From NCBI GenBank assembly GCA_973895155.1, contig OZ316893.1:5718171-5782170 (forward strand): DNA of 64,000 nucleotides, given 5' to 3'. The DNA is from Marsupella aquatica (Eukaryota; Plantae; Marchantiophyta). Below the pieces are notes generated by a model. It was not told where the DNA came from. It searched no databases and saw only the letters and a program-made list of their open reading frames with translations. The stretch's first letter is position 1; each line of letters starts with the position of its first letter. A program made the translations under genes and the position numbers. Positions 38,950-51,223 of this stretch are shown here, piece by piece.

Positions 38950-40265
38950 AGATAGGATAGGAGGTGGTGGACTCAAGTGAGTCCTTGTTTAGCGGAGTGG
39001 TATCCACTCCAATAGAGAGCGATGAGGAGACCAACTCACGGGGCTCAAGCCAAGGCACCGTGAGTGAGGAGGAGGAGGACTGATGAGGAGACCAACTCAC
39101 AGGGCTCAAGCCAAGGCACCGTGAGTGAGGAGGAGGAGGAGGACTAATGAGGAGACCAACTCACGGGGCTCAAGCCAGGGCACCATGAGTGAGAAGGAGA
39201 AGGAGAAGGAGAAGGAGAAGAGTAAGATGTTGGAGAAACAGTTGCGGGAGACCCATAAGTCATCACGGGAAACCCAAGCTGGTCACGGTGCCACCGTATC
39301 TGCTGGTCACGGTGCCACCGTATCTACTAGTCACGGTACCAACATTTCATCACCCTCATCATTACCAGTAGAGGTGAGGATTCCAGGGGGTGGAGCCCTG
39401 ATTCAGTAAGTGAGTCCGGTGAAGACTAGTGAAGGCTACCCTATTCCTTTAGTGAGTAGTGGGAGTAACTCCCAGTTTCAAACTAGTGTAGGGCCCTTGC
39501 TTTTCATGCACTACGGATTGGATGTTAGTACCGGCGAAGGCAATGGAGGAGCCACCGGAGGCCAATGTGTATAGTGTGCAGCCGCTCAACCCGGGACCAA
39601 GGAGCATTCATGGGATCTCAACTAACGCTGGAGCACCCCCATATGCCAACTATTCCAACGCTACTCCCGGGAATAGGCCACCGTGTCCGGGAGTAAGAAA
39701 GATCCCTATCTGTTACAATTGTAGAGTGGCTGGCCACTACGCTAACGCGTGCTCGGAGCCCACACGTCAAGGGAACGGAGATTTTGCCTGGTTGTGTCAA
39801 TTGTGCAAGGGGGAGGGTCACCTTGCACCACACTGTCCAACCTTGGAAGCAATCAAGGCTCAACAAGCCGGAGCACCAGACAAGAAGGGGCCACCACCCC
39901 CACTCAAAGAAGCTAACGTCAACTTTCTCACTACGGAAGCGATTGACCCGCTTGAGTTCACCCCTACAAGGGAGTTGGTCATCAAACGGAAAGAGCCCGT
40001 AGTGGACGTTCCGAAGCAGAGGCTGGTCACCATCAAGGAGGAGTTAGTACCATCAGTCATTGTTGTATCTCCAGTTGGGGAGGTACCTATCACGTCGCAC
40101 TCGGTAACAACTTGGCAGCAATCTAGCTATCGAAATGACCAGCTCGCTTCAACCTTCAACTTGAGCTATAATGTGCGATCTCTCGAACACCGCACAACTC
40201 ACACCGTTGAAAAAAAAACCTCTGGTCTCTCCCCCAAAAACACGTCGAACATGAATAAAACCTGA
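38950..40265 (+). pseudogene. Gag-like fragment with two CCHC zinc knuckles, antisense inside the copia leader (probably from a Ty3/gypsy-type element)
   Basis: ORF 39522-40265 contains CYNCRVAGHYANAC and CQLCKGEGHLAPHC. The upstream acidic, low-complexity segment has three copies of about 63 bp (DEETNSRGSSQGTVSEEEE) and three copies of 24 bp (AGHGATVS). Confidence 0.7.
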
Positions 40266-40473
40266 ATGATGCAAACTTTGATTCCTCCGCACCACGGATA
40301 CCGATCAACGAGTTCTAACCACCATTAGAAATCCCTCTCACTAACCTATCCGCTCAGCCACACACATTCAAGTTTCATGCGACGAAACTCCAAATGTACC
40401 ATCGACAATGAACACTGGAAAAAACCTGTCACGAAAAAACCTTGTCTCCTCCCAGGCATGCTCTGATACCACT

Positions 40474-40815
40474 TGTTGAGCATAGACGACATTTGCAACT
40501 GCAAGCCCATGAACCATCCAACGCACAAGAGTGGACACACAAAGATACGTGGTTCACCTCCACATGCGGCTACGTCCACGAGAACACACAAGAGCTTTAT
40601 TGCTCTAGGTCGACAGACCATACCAAGCATCCATAGCACAAGCTCTCCCTATCTCTCAACTAGCTCCGTAACAATGAGCCTAAGTTCCACCAGGGTCTGG
40701 TAGCAGCCCTGGCTTAATACACAACAGCACTACCGCTAACATTAGCTAAGTCCTAACCCAGGTTAGCCTAACTATGGTTAGCTCATGAGTCACAATACTA
40801 GAGCAATATCTAACA
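40474..40815 (-). repeat. 5' LTR of the copia element
   Basis: 342 bp, TG...CA, next to the PBS. Roughly 28 substitutions and a 2-bp indel versus the other LTR, counted by eye. Confidence 0.95.
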
Positions 40816-41420
40816 AAGCCATGCTCAGTTCCACAAGATAAATATTCCCGTATATTTCTTTTTACTAGCTTCCCAATTCTCTAGCAAGTCACGTCAGCAT
40901 TTTCTATCACAAACTCAAATGTGTATGTTTGTGACAGTGAGTCCATGTGTGTTTGACGCAAGGCCAACAAAAATGGTTACATTCAATAAGCGTTAAAAAA
41001 TCAAAAGTAAATTGTCAGATAACAAATAGCGGGGGTAACAAATTGGGACTGTGAACTGTGCACAATGGTCCCAAGGAAAGGGCATGCCCCCGGATTGATG
41101 GATGGGATCAGATGTTGTCATTAATTGTGAGATTATGCACTTTAAACCAATGGTATGTTCAGCCGTCATGTATTCTTTTTGCTTTCATAATGTAGTTATT
41201 CTTTGTTATTAGGCCACTTCAACATCCTAAGATGCATCAAAAGAGTTCTTTTTGCCATAATCTTGTTGTTTCATGTCCATTTGGAATGAAATTTTACAAG
41301 TTTATGCCTAGGTTGGGGGCCTGCTTACTAAACACATTCAATGGAACTTGGATTTCCCAATACTTATTGTTGACTCTCATCAAACCAATAAAATGAAAGC
41401 AAAGGGAAAGAAAAAAAGCG

Positions 41421-41464
41421 TGGGTTGGGTTGGGTTGGGTTGGGTTGGGTTGGGTTGGGATGGG
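41421..41464 (+). repeat. (TGGGT)n G-run repeat with G-quadruplex potential
   Basis: About 8 TGGGT units followed by ATGGG. Confidence 0.85.
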
Positions 41465-43182
41465 CAAGGTGGTGGGAAATAATATGGGGTTGCAAGTTTA
41501 ATAGATATGAGCAATACACTAGAATGTTCATGGCCTATTCTGATTGACATACCGGGTCAAACTCTCACCTCAAGTTGTTTTTAACCTCTTGCCATAACTC
41601 CAGCCCATCTTCTCCACCAACAATTTTGTATGGACCACCTTTTGCATCATCTCCTATGCAAATTTGCATCAACAACATAGGTAGGGCAATAAATATGTAG
41701 TCTCTATGTTTCAGAGTGTCTATGCAACTTTTGCCTCTCAGTTCCTTCTCGTTGCATTCTCCTCCTCCTCACCTGTGACTCTACTTCCTATCTACAACTC
41801 ATGCATTGGTTTTTCTGTAGACCATCAATTTAGCACTATTGTTTTGACCATACACCTTTCGCATTGACAACAGTTTCCCTCACCTTCGCTGATATTTGAT
41901 ACTACTGATTCTCGACAACACTTTTGCTTGACATCTACTACTATAATACCCAATCCTGCCTTTTTTTGTAGCATCTTCCGTTTACAAAATGTGGTTTAGG
42001 TAGGAATGATCATTGGCTATTTGATCGTGTGGCATTTTTTCCCAACCGGTTGATTCCTCCATGCACCCTCCTACTTTGCCCAGGAGGACTGATTCTCCCA
42101 CGTAAAGGTAAAGTGAAAGGATTTGGTGAAACTCCAAGAGATTTCAAACAATAAAGAAGTGTCAAGAACATGGAGTAATTATCATCCTCAAGACTAAGCT
42201 ACTGTGTGACAAGGAGACAAAGAATGAATCTCAAAGTTAGTTGTGATCTTGCAATAGTTACTTGTTTTGAAGGCAAAAATGAATTGTAGATCAAGAACAG
42301 ATAGATGTCATTGTTTTTGCTTCAGATAAAGCCCTCTTATAGTTGGTCATACGAGAATGATGAGTTTTGGAGGATGGTCAAGAATCCAAATTCACTTACT
42401 TCTAGCTTCAGTAATTATATTAGCTTCCTTAGAAACATTAAAGCGCACATAAGGATGGGGTTCACTTACTAATTGTTCTCCTATTTTATTACAACAAGAG
42501 ACGGGTTGTCATTGTCATTGTCATGCAAGCTAACAGGATATTTGTTCCCTGTTGCAAGGGAAAAATTCCTTCCAATACCATACTTTTTTCTCACACATTC
42601 AAGAAAAAAACCCTAAATATCCAACACTTTGCTAGCAAACTTGGTCCCTCCCCTCACAGGGTCGACTTCCAAAAATTGTAGGAACCACATGCAATCCAAT
42701 ACAAGTATTCTTGATGGAGCCCCGGATGGAGCTAAGTCAAATATTGAAATGCATAGGAGGTAAAAGAAGGTATTTAAAATAAAAATTATAGAATATATAT
42801 TCTGTACTTTGGATTAGACATGGCGGTTCACAAAAGGCCTTGAACCTTTTATCGCCAACTCCAGATCCGGAGTCAGATGGGATGACGAACGGCGGGCAAA
42901 GTTGCGTAATGCTTTTATTCCCGGTCATATCGCACCCGCCAGTTTTCCCGTAGAGAGGAAGGCCAGAAGATGAGCGAGGCATCCTTTTTTTACCAATACT
43001 AATATCATTTTACTACGTTTACCAGTGCTGTCATCATCAGGTTTTTCATGGGGATCTCATCATCTCCCTTAGTAGCTCCCATCAAAGTGTGATATACTTG
43101 GTGCAACTAATAACCTTTGGGAAAGGTATATTAATTATTATTGGTCCAAAAAAGGGAGAATTGCGTAAGGCCCAGAGGGCTG

Positions 43183-43381
43183 GACTCAATCTAAATCGTG
43201 GTTCAGATTCAAGTTGGTTTAGTGATTACTACTATGGAAAATTGTTGTATCAAGATTTCAATTTTAGAGATTATTTGGTTCAATACGTCCACCTACAGGA
43301 AACACGTTTGGCTTTCGTCTTGGTATGTGTATTATCCACCATTTTCCTAAAAGGGCATTTATTCATCTATCTTTTCTGGAT
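43183..43381 (+). pseudogene. rps3: Nuclear mitochondrial insertion: 5' fragment of mitochondrial ribosomal protein S3
   Basis: Translates [30 protein letters not shown], then after a 1-nt frameshift [30 protein letters not shown]. This is the conserved N-terminus of plant mitochondrial RPS3. The start codon and the rest of the gene are absent. Confidence 0.85.
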
Positions 43382-45974
43382 ATACTTTTTACAAAGTATG
43401 ATATAGGTATTAATATTGAAAATAGGGAATGTTTTCTTTATAATATAGAAGTACTTGTATTAGGTTAGGATCACACGTAGTAGCGGAACTCAACTACGTA
43501 CCCTATCACTTCACTCCAACATCGCTGACTTTGACGCCAAGCTCCTTTATGGTCCAGGCCTCCGGAACGGCCATCCAATGGGAACTAAGTATTGGGAGAC
43601 TTGTGAGTAATGAAGTGTTACACTAGCAAAGGCAAGACGTCGAGCTAGTGGTACACCCAAAGGACTTAGATTAGCATTGGGAGTTGGTCGAGTCATGAAG
43701 GGTCAATCTTAGAGTGGACCGTTTGGACCCCGGACCAAATTTGAGTTTTGAGGGCTTGAGTGAGAGCTCCTCTTGGGCCCAAGGCCATAGAAGTTTACTT
43801 CATGCGCAATGAACGCTTGGCGCATGAGATACGGTGCGACCCAAGTGTAATCATCTTGGACCCCCAATTGACGACGATTTCTGAGGGCCCGGGCATGAGT
43901 GCCACCGTGTTGGCCCTATCACAACGGGCTAAGTCACTTCACTCATGGAAGTCAAACTAGAAAGTTATGGACATATCAAGTTAGTTGCGTGCCCATGTGA
44001 TCGGGTTGGAATCCAGGTTGAAGGCTAAATATAGGGGACCAAAGTTGGTCCAGGGGTGACAGGTTTCCAAAAGCATATATGAGGGAGTGGTGTCTCCCTG
44101 GGAGCCAACGGCAAGCCCAAGTCATGAAGTGAGATGGTCGTGCTACTAAGGGGAAATATCAAATAGAAACGACACTAACTCCTCAATGGGAAGTCCGTTG
44201 GAGCACTTCTTGGATGCTTTGGAAAACTCTCAAGGAGTACTACCACGTACTCCTGAGCTTAATTGGGTCTGGGAGTGCCTTTGGTTTTTGAGGTCTGCGG
44301 GGGCTATCTTGCTTGCTTAGATAATCTTGAAAAAACCGCCACCAAGCCGAGTTCAATTTCCCATGGGAGCTTGCATTAGAGAGCCAATGTAGATTAGGCA
44401 TGGGTGTTGCAGTCCAAGTGCATTCCCGAGTGCATTTGGCCCCTAGACTCTCAATTGAGCTGGAGTCTTAGAGATGGCTTGCTAGAGTTGGGGCTGAATG
44501 AGTCCCGGCGTTTGAGACAAGCTTCAGGACAAGCTAGTCATGAGCATGTCCTAGAGGCAGGGCGGTAAGCCAGTGACAGATAAAAAGTGGGCAAGCTTGA
44601 GCGGCACCTGGTAGAGAGGTTGTTCAATTCTAGACAAACAGTGGGCGATGCTCTTAGCTTCAGCTTATGGCAAGGCCATGCGGGCCTGAGAGATTCTATT
44701 CATTGACGTACTTGGTAACGATTATTGAGCTTGAGACAAAACAATGGTCTTTGGGATCCTAGATCATGATGGTTATTTACCAATGTGTTTGATGCCTGAT
44801 GGTTACTTACCAATGTGTTTGATGCATGTGGAGAGATGACTTGCTAGCAACGCATAGTGATTCTATCAAATTAAAATTCCCTTTTTTGTTCAAGTTACTC
44901 AAAAATTACTGAACTGCCCCATGCTAGTGTAATTGAATCATGAAGTTTCCTCTTTGAAGTCAATCAATAATAAAATGCTACATGAAAGGAGGAATCACCG
45001 GAATGTACAAAATTAGTTATTAAATTAATAGGGTAAAACTATGCCATTAAAATCTTTACCTTAACTGAGCTTAGCCTGTCATTCGAGAACTGCAACATAG
45101 TTATGGTAAAGTGAGGTGACGTCCATCCAATTCAGCACATTACCGTAGTTGGCACAATATTGGTCAGGGCTGGTGTGGAGCTTTTTCAAAAACGCTATCG
45201 GGCTGTAATTGGATGACGTCTCCTTTGCTTGTGGATGGATATCTTTGCCGCTGAAAATGTCTCATTCGACCACATCTTAATCGCGCCATAATCGAGATCA
45301 TACGTTGGGTCTCTGCTCTTTCTTTCTTTCTGCCTTCGAGTGTTTGTGTATATTTGATTCTGTTTGAGGCTCCAGAGCTCCTCCGAATTGCTCAGGGTCC
45401 TGCGCAAGAAGCAGCCGATCAGGTACAGTCTTGCCCTAGATGACAGGCTCTCGAGGTTGTCTTCGAAGCTGGGGGTTTAAGCGCTACGTTGCTCTTACTG
45501 ATTGATCCAAGTGTGGAGCGTTGTATCGGACAATTTGCTAGATCTTCTGTGAAACTCCGATCGAGGAGTTCGACCGGCTCACGTCCCGGGGACGTGTTTG
45601 ATTCAGTGATGTGGTAGATCTGCTCTATTAGCGAGTGTGGGGTCAAATGTGAGGACGTGTGCGTCGGGTTTACGTATTGCCAATTTTCAGTACTCATGGG
45701 GGATGATTTTGATGCATTTGGCATTCGCAGTTCTTCTTGTTTTGCTTGTCGGAATTGTCTAAGTTGTGGACGCATTTACGATTTTCGCTCAACTACACAC
45801 GGTACAGCGGTTTTGCTGGGTAGCTTTTCGTGATTGCTTCACCTAATGATATGCCATCTGAGAGATTTTCTCGTGCTTGGGCTTCATTGAATACCACCCT
45901 GCATGAACAGAGTTTGCATTCATGTCCCAATTTGTGCTGGACAAGCCTTCTATGGACGTATAGGTTCTGTTTTG

Positions 45975-46557
45975 GGTCAGATCCAGTTAGCTTCGAGGCT
46001 AAGGTTTTTCAAGGTCTCTAGGCTGGTCAGATTCGGTTAGCTTCGAGGCGAAGGGTTTTCACGGTCTCTCGGCTGACTTCAATAAAGTTCTGGGTTCATA
46101 AGTACAACTGAAGGTGTCCGCCCGAGTGTGGTTTGGACATCTTTCGTTTGTGGGGATCTTCTTGATTCACCGAGACGAATCCCTCGATAGTTGACATGGC
46201 CGTAACAAGTAACAAATCTACTGTGGGTCTGGAGGATAAAACGGCATCACGGAAGCCTTATTCGGTTTCGCCGTCTGCCTCCGTTTGAATTCTTTGCGGG
46301 TTTGTGCTTCGAATTCCTGCCATAGGGTTCTGGGTTCGTAAGTAAAATCTATGGCGTCCGACTGAGTGTGCTTTGACATCTTTCGTTTGTGGGGATCTTC
46401 TTGAGTCACTTAGACGAATCCCTCCATAGCTGACATGGCCGTTATGAGTAACAAATCTACTGTAGGTTCGGAGGATAAACGGCATCACGGAATCCTTATT
46501 CGGTTTCGCCGCCTGCCTCCGTTTGCGAGTTTGTGCTTCAAATTCCCGGCATAGGGT
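45975..46557. repeat. Local tandem duplications (about 50 bp x 2 at 45975-46075; about 240 bp x 2 at 46087-46557)
   Basis: GGTCAGAT.C.GTTAGCTTCGAGGC.AAGG occurs twice. GTTCTGGGTTC.TAAGTA...GACATC.TTTCGTTTGTGGGGATCTTCTTGA...AAACGGCATCACGGAA.CCTTATTCGGTTTCGCCG...CATAGGG occurs twice. Confidence 0.85.
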
Positions 46558-47685
46558 CTTACTTTCGGAAAGAGAGTGGATGGTGTTCTCACTTAGATTA
46601 TTTGGCCTTTCTCTCCTCCTTCGTAAGACGAATTCACCGAGTTTTCTCCAAGTTGCACGAAAGGAATAAACCTCGGAATTGAGTGCGAACTGAGCTAACG
46701 TCTGTTGCCTAACAACTGTCACGCTATGCCGTTTTCAATGCTGTATTGTATATCTGCAGAACGCTGATAGACAGATTATGCAAACGATTTCAATCGTGAT
46801 TTCTTAAAGTGAGCTACCGTCATGGTGAATTAGCTGAGTTGTCAGGTAATTATAGTTGCCAACATAGGTAGAGACAGCAAGTGTGCTGTGTCAAAATTTT
46901 AATCCTTGCAGCTGCCGTCATTCGGGGAGACACTTATTGTTCTGATCAGTGCCTCTTGGTCGCTGCTGGAATTGGCTTGTGCGTTTCGAAGACGAGTTCG
47001 GCTGGTCGATTTCTTTATTTGTTTGCTTGTTTACCACCAGTTTTCAAAAGGGTGGACCTAACGTTCGCTGATTGTATGCTTCAGGTCTCTGGTTCAATAG
47101 GCTTCAGGTTGTGGATTGAAGCCCGGCTACTCGACATCCGTAGCTCGGAGTTTTGAAGTAATCTTTATATCTCATCGATTTGCTCATACTTGGGGTGTAA
47201 ATCACCGGGTTGCAAATGTTCTCCTGAACCAGGTGAAGGAGGTTGAGCCAAAGTTCTAGCATTTGAGGATTTACAGCTAGGATGGGTGTCTGAGAACTCC
47301 GGTTTTCAAAGGTGAGCTAATTTCGTGGCCTCATTGTGTGGAATGACCACCTTAATCCCGGAATCTGTAGAATAGCGGTTTTAGGTTGGGAAAATTGCAG
47401 TCCATTTCTGACGTTTTCTCGTCGATTGACCAACAGTGAACAGGCTCTATTGTTGTGAATTACGGTCAGGAAGAGAGTCGGGTTTGTTGTTTAGGGCGAG
47501 AGCAGGTGTACTTTGATATTTGCAGTCCTACTTTTCCCTTTATGATGTCATCGACCATGGCTACTTCTTTGTCCAAAGTTGATCACTCGCTGTCACCGGT
47601 GTCGCAAGGATTCTAAGGGTTTGCCTGTTCTTTCTTCGCAGATCCTTCAATAGAAGTATTCCTAGATAGTGTCAGGGCCTTGAAG

Positions 47686-48141
47686 ATGGAAAAATCAGCA
47701 GCAGCTCCTACTCCTGCACCGGCTGTTTCGAATGGTCACAAACCCACGCTAGTTATTGAGGAAAAGGTCAAAGAGAAACAGAGGTCCAAGCTTGCACAGG
47801 AGGAGGCAGCCATAGAGTCGAAGATCGTTGAGTATATCTTAGATGGACAATGGGAAGCTTTGCACCCGAACTCAGGAATGTCTGTTGAAGTAAAGGGCAG
47901 TCACCTGTGCGTAGATTATCATGAGGAAGTGGGATATCGTGTGTGGGAATGGCATGGCCATTGCATGATCTATGAAGATGGAGAAGGCTATACTCCAGAG
48001 TACATATACGGAAATTATTTCGAGCCTTTGGTGGAGGAAGACGAAGTGAGTAGGCCAGTAGGTTTAGGGTTGATGGCCAATAACAGGAGAGTCATGCCCG
48101 GGCTCGGAGGGATACTTAGCCCCATAGGTAGACGGATATAA
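47686..48141 (+). CDS. Conserved plant protein of unknown function (YRVWEWHGH...YTPEYIYGNYF family)
   Basis: LHPNSGMSV...HLCVDYHEEVGYRVWEWHGHCMIYEDGEGYTPEYIYGNYFE resembles, from recollection, a small uncharacterised land-plant family. ATG 47686 follows a TTCTTCGCAG acceptor, suggesting a spliced 5' UTR. Confidence 0.75.
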   Translation: MEKSAAAPTPAPAVSNGHKPTLVIEEKVKEKQRSKLAQEEAAIESKIVEYILDGQWEALHPNSGMSVEVKGSHLCVDYHEEVGYRVWEWHGHCMIYEDGEGYTPEYIYGNYFEPLVEEDEVSRPVGLGLMANNRRVMPGLGGILSPIGRRI

Positions 48142-50265
48142 GAGAGCATCGAAGTAGAGTTTCTCAGCCAGATGATTAATGTGTTTACGTAGTGAGTCTG
48201 CAGAGGTGCAAGTGTCACATCTGAGCTGTTTGGTGGGGCTTAAATGAATTCAGATGCTAGGCTTGTTGTCAACAAGAAACGCAGCCAGATGGTTCTCTGT
48301 GTTGTAAACGTGTTACTTTCCCAATTAAGTGATACAGCGCTCACATTTGAGTTCTGATCTCGAGCAGAACGGTTACTGATGCCAGGCCTTTTCTGGAGGA
48401 AAAGAATCAGCTAGGTTGCTCACTGTATTGGAAACGTCTGAGGTACTATTTAAGACGCAGTGTGTATCAATTCCTACAGGGAAACGTCATTCCGGAAGTT
48501 TCAGTAGCTTTGTCCTTAGTTTTTGTGCTCTTGGTTCTTAGTCAGAATTTTGAATTACCCATCTTTAAGCTTTGGATTGCACTTGGAGACTTTTGTACAT
48601 TTCTTTGTATGCATGTTGCTCGATACTCCGATCTCCTGATAGTCACGGACATTAATTCTCATAGTCAGCATATTTTTGTGCTGAAGTGACCGTTCTAGAT
48701 TTTATTTCTAGTTTCATGTGTAAGAAGATCACTCTCACACGTTACCCCGTATTGTGGAAAGCTTGCCCGTCGCCTGAGACTGTAAAGATTGAAATATGAT
48801 GCACAGCTCCATGTAGTTCTTGACGATGGAGAGTACCTCGGTCAGACCAGGGTTGGCCTGGATAGTTCATCAGTTGAATTGGTACCGAGACCTGCAATGG
48901 CCTAAGATAGAACCTTGGACACGGATTAGACATCCGTGATTCTTTTGTTTTTCCTTTCCCTACTCAGTCTCGAATAAAACCTGTCAGTCTTGTGCAGGAC
49001 GATCAATACTTACAAAAGGAATGGGACAAAGAGCTGACCCAAACATGGGTGGGAATCCTTAGGCCAGCAACTGAGAGAAAGAGACCTCTAATGGAAGGAC
49101 TCTTAACTTCCTCCACAAGAACACTTCCCTAACAATAGCATTGTGTGCAAGGATCATATTTTTATACAAATAGCATTTTTGCAACCATGACTTTGGGATG
49201 ATTTATTGCATCATATTAGCCTGAAGCCATGACTTTGGGATGATTTATTGCATCATACTAGCCTGAAGCCTTAGCTGTGTTCTTTATTAGATGATGGGTG
49301 AATACTGTCATGCCCGTTTTAAGTTAAAATCTGCAACCTTACGTGCGCCCCAAGTCACTTGCCGTTTCCAGTTCCATCTGCAACCTTACCTGTGCCCCCG
49401 CAGTCAATAGAGGGTTCACTCTAGACCCCAGTCCTTGAATCTTACCTTCCCCCCCATAGTCAGTAGAGGGTTCACGCTAGACCCCAGGCCCTTATCGTAG
49501 TAGTAGATTTGCAATAGAAAAGAGTTATTGTATGACCAAAAATCTATTTTAGAATAGTACACGCCAATTTGGAAGTCATCCAATCACGGTCCATGAAACC
49601 AAGTTTTCAGCCATTTTGGTGGGGAGATTTGGTTTCACTTGTCTAATACCCATCTCTTAGAGCACTTATCGAACAATTATTAAAGCTGTCTAGTGTAGAT
49701 TCCAGGTCATTATTAGTTTTTCCTTACTGCCCACACCTTCTCACTTATCGGACAATTGAAGCTCGATAGCTTTCGGTTCTGCACAGCACTTTTTCTTGCC
49801 GCAAAGGAAATTCCGCGATACCGTTTCCTGATACATCTCTGTTGAATTCTGGAGTTAGCGCACCGAAGCAGCCTAATTATGTCGACACTGTCCAGGATTC
49901 CGACCTCCGTGAAGGCAGGACGCTGGATTTGGTGACCACGCCACACAGTTACAAACCACACCTCGAAGCGGGTGTCCAATTTCACGCCAGATCGCAATCA
50001 GGTACACATCATTCGGATTCGTGTTTACTGCAACTTGGATGGAGTTGATCCGCGGTACCATTATATTGCAGTCAGTTTGGAGTTGAACGAGTACCGTATT
50101 ACGCAAGAAAAGTAACCTCGTAGGATTGCCCTGCTGGTAATTGCACATCAAAATCTGGCAGGATACGATACGTGATACCCTGTAGTGCTTTCCTAGACAA
50201 TGTGCCTTTACATTCATCCAAAATTTCTTTTGCAGCTGTTCGTCAAATGGTACGGTATAAGCAAG

Positions 50266-50393
50266 TCGGGCAGGGCAGGGTGGGTAGCGAACAGGCAGGG
50301 CAGGCAGTGTAGGGCAGCCAGGGCAGGGCAGCAAGAGCCGGGCAGGGCAGCCAGGGCAGGGCAGCCAGAGCCGGGCAGGGCAGCCAGGGCAGG
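50266..50393 (+). repeat. GGGCA/CAGG-rich tandem repeat (about 33-bp higher-order unit) upstream of the transposase
   Basis: GGGCAGGGCAGCCAGGGCAGGGCAGC.AGAGCC repeated, with dense G3 runs. Confidence 0.8.
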
Positions 50394-51223
50394 TGCATCA
50401 CACTCCGTCCGCTATTCTCCATCCGCTATTCTCCGTCTGAGCCTTTCCGTCCCAAATGAAATTAAACCGCTACATGGATGTTCTGCCCATATCGTGTATG
50501 TTCTGCCCATATCGTGGATGTTTAGGACATACCACGATGTTACGTTTCAAATCTTCAACATCAACGAATGATGAACTCGAAGAGCGCGGCAATTGCTCGT
50601 ACACCGCTTTCAATGCTGCCGCCATTTGCGAATTTGCGCGGGATGGATATAGTCTCTCTAAATCCTGTGTTCATTCCAGAGCTCGATTCCTCCATGTGGA
50701 CTCGAATTTCTTCCTTTGGCATCGAGTTTTATCAATTTCGAATTCATGTGAACCAGGCGTCATGGCTACATTCCGCTGTGGATTCTTCCATTCCGAGCTG
50801 ACACAGGATTTCGAGCTCAAACAGGATGTACAATGGAGTCGACTACTGGAAGACTTGTGAAGAACCGAATGCTTCTCATCAGTGGAATGCGAATGGTTTG
50901 TCGATTGCCGATTATCTGTCGAATTCCGAACGCCGATGGTCTAACGTCAATGAGTGCAATGTCGCCATCCTCCGCCATTTGCATTCCTGCCTCCGAAGAT
51001 ATCATACGGTGACAAAATTTTCAAAATTACAAATATCGCAGTCCGGATTGTCCATGCCCATCGCCATGCTGTAGGGTGCGCTGGTGGGCTCCTATCCTGT
51101 GTGCAATGGATAACGTACAAGAAGGTAAAACCCCTTTCTGTGTTTCAAAGTTTTGTACATTGCATTTTCAAATATTGGTGAGGCGGAATCTGGTGAGACT
51201 TCGCATCTAAAATATAGACTGGA

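Larger units (their letters stand above)
32483..40815 (-). mobile_element. Ty1/copia LTR retrotransposon, degenerate and non-autonomous
   Basis: LTRs 32483-32826 and 40474-40815 (TGTTGAG...CTAACA). 5-bp TSD AAGCC at 32478-32482 and 40816-40820. Minus-strand tRNA-iMet PBS TGGTATCAGAGC at 40460-40471. PPT AGGGGGAGTT next to 32826. Domain order gag-PR-INT-RT-RH. Confidence 0.96.

Noticed and set aside
43600-44800. Possible solo LTR or gypsy remnant (TGTTACAC near 43616 to GGGGTGACA near 44061)
   Set aside because: No TSD, PBS or recognisable retroviral protein motif, so it cannot be supported.
8085-49490. Assorted short two-copy duplications (about 8090/8175, 12801/12904, 19156/19174, 44768/44798, 49187/49227, 49400/49458)
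   Set aside because: They are real but ordinary slippage or repair duplications in intergenic DNA, with no further structure.
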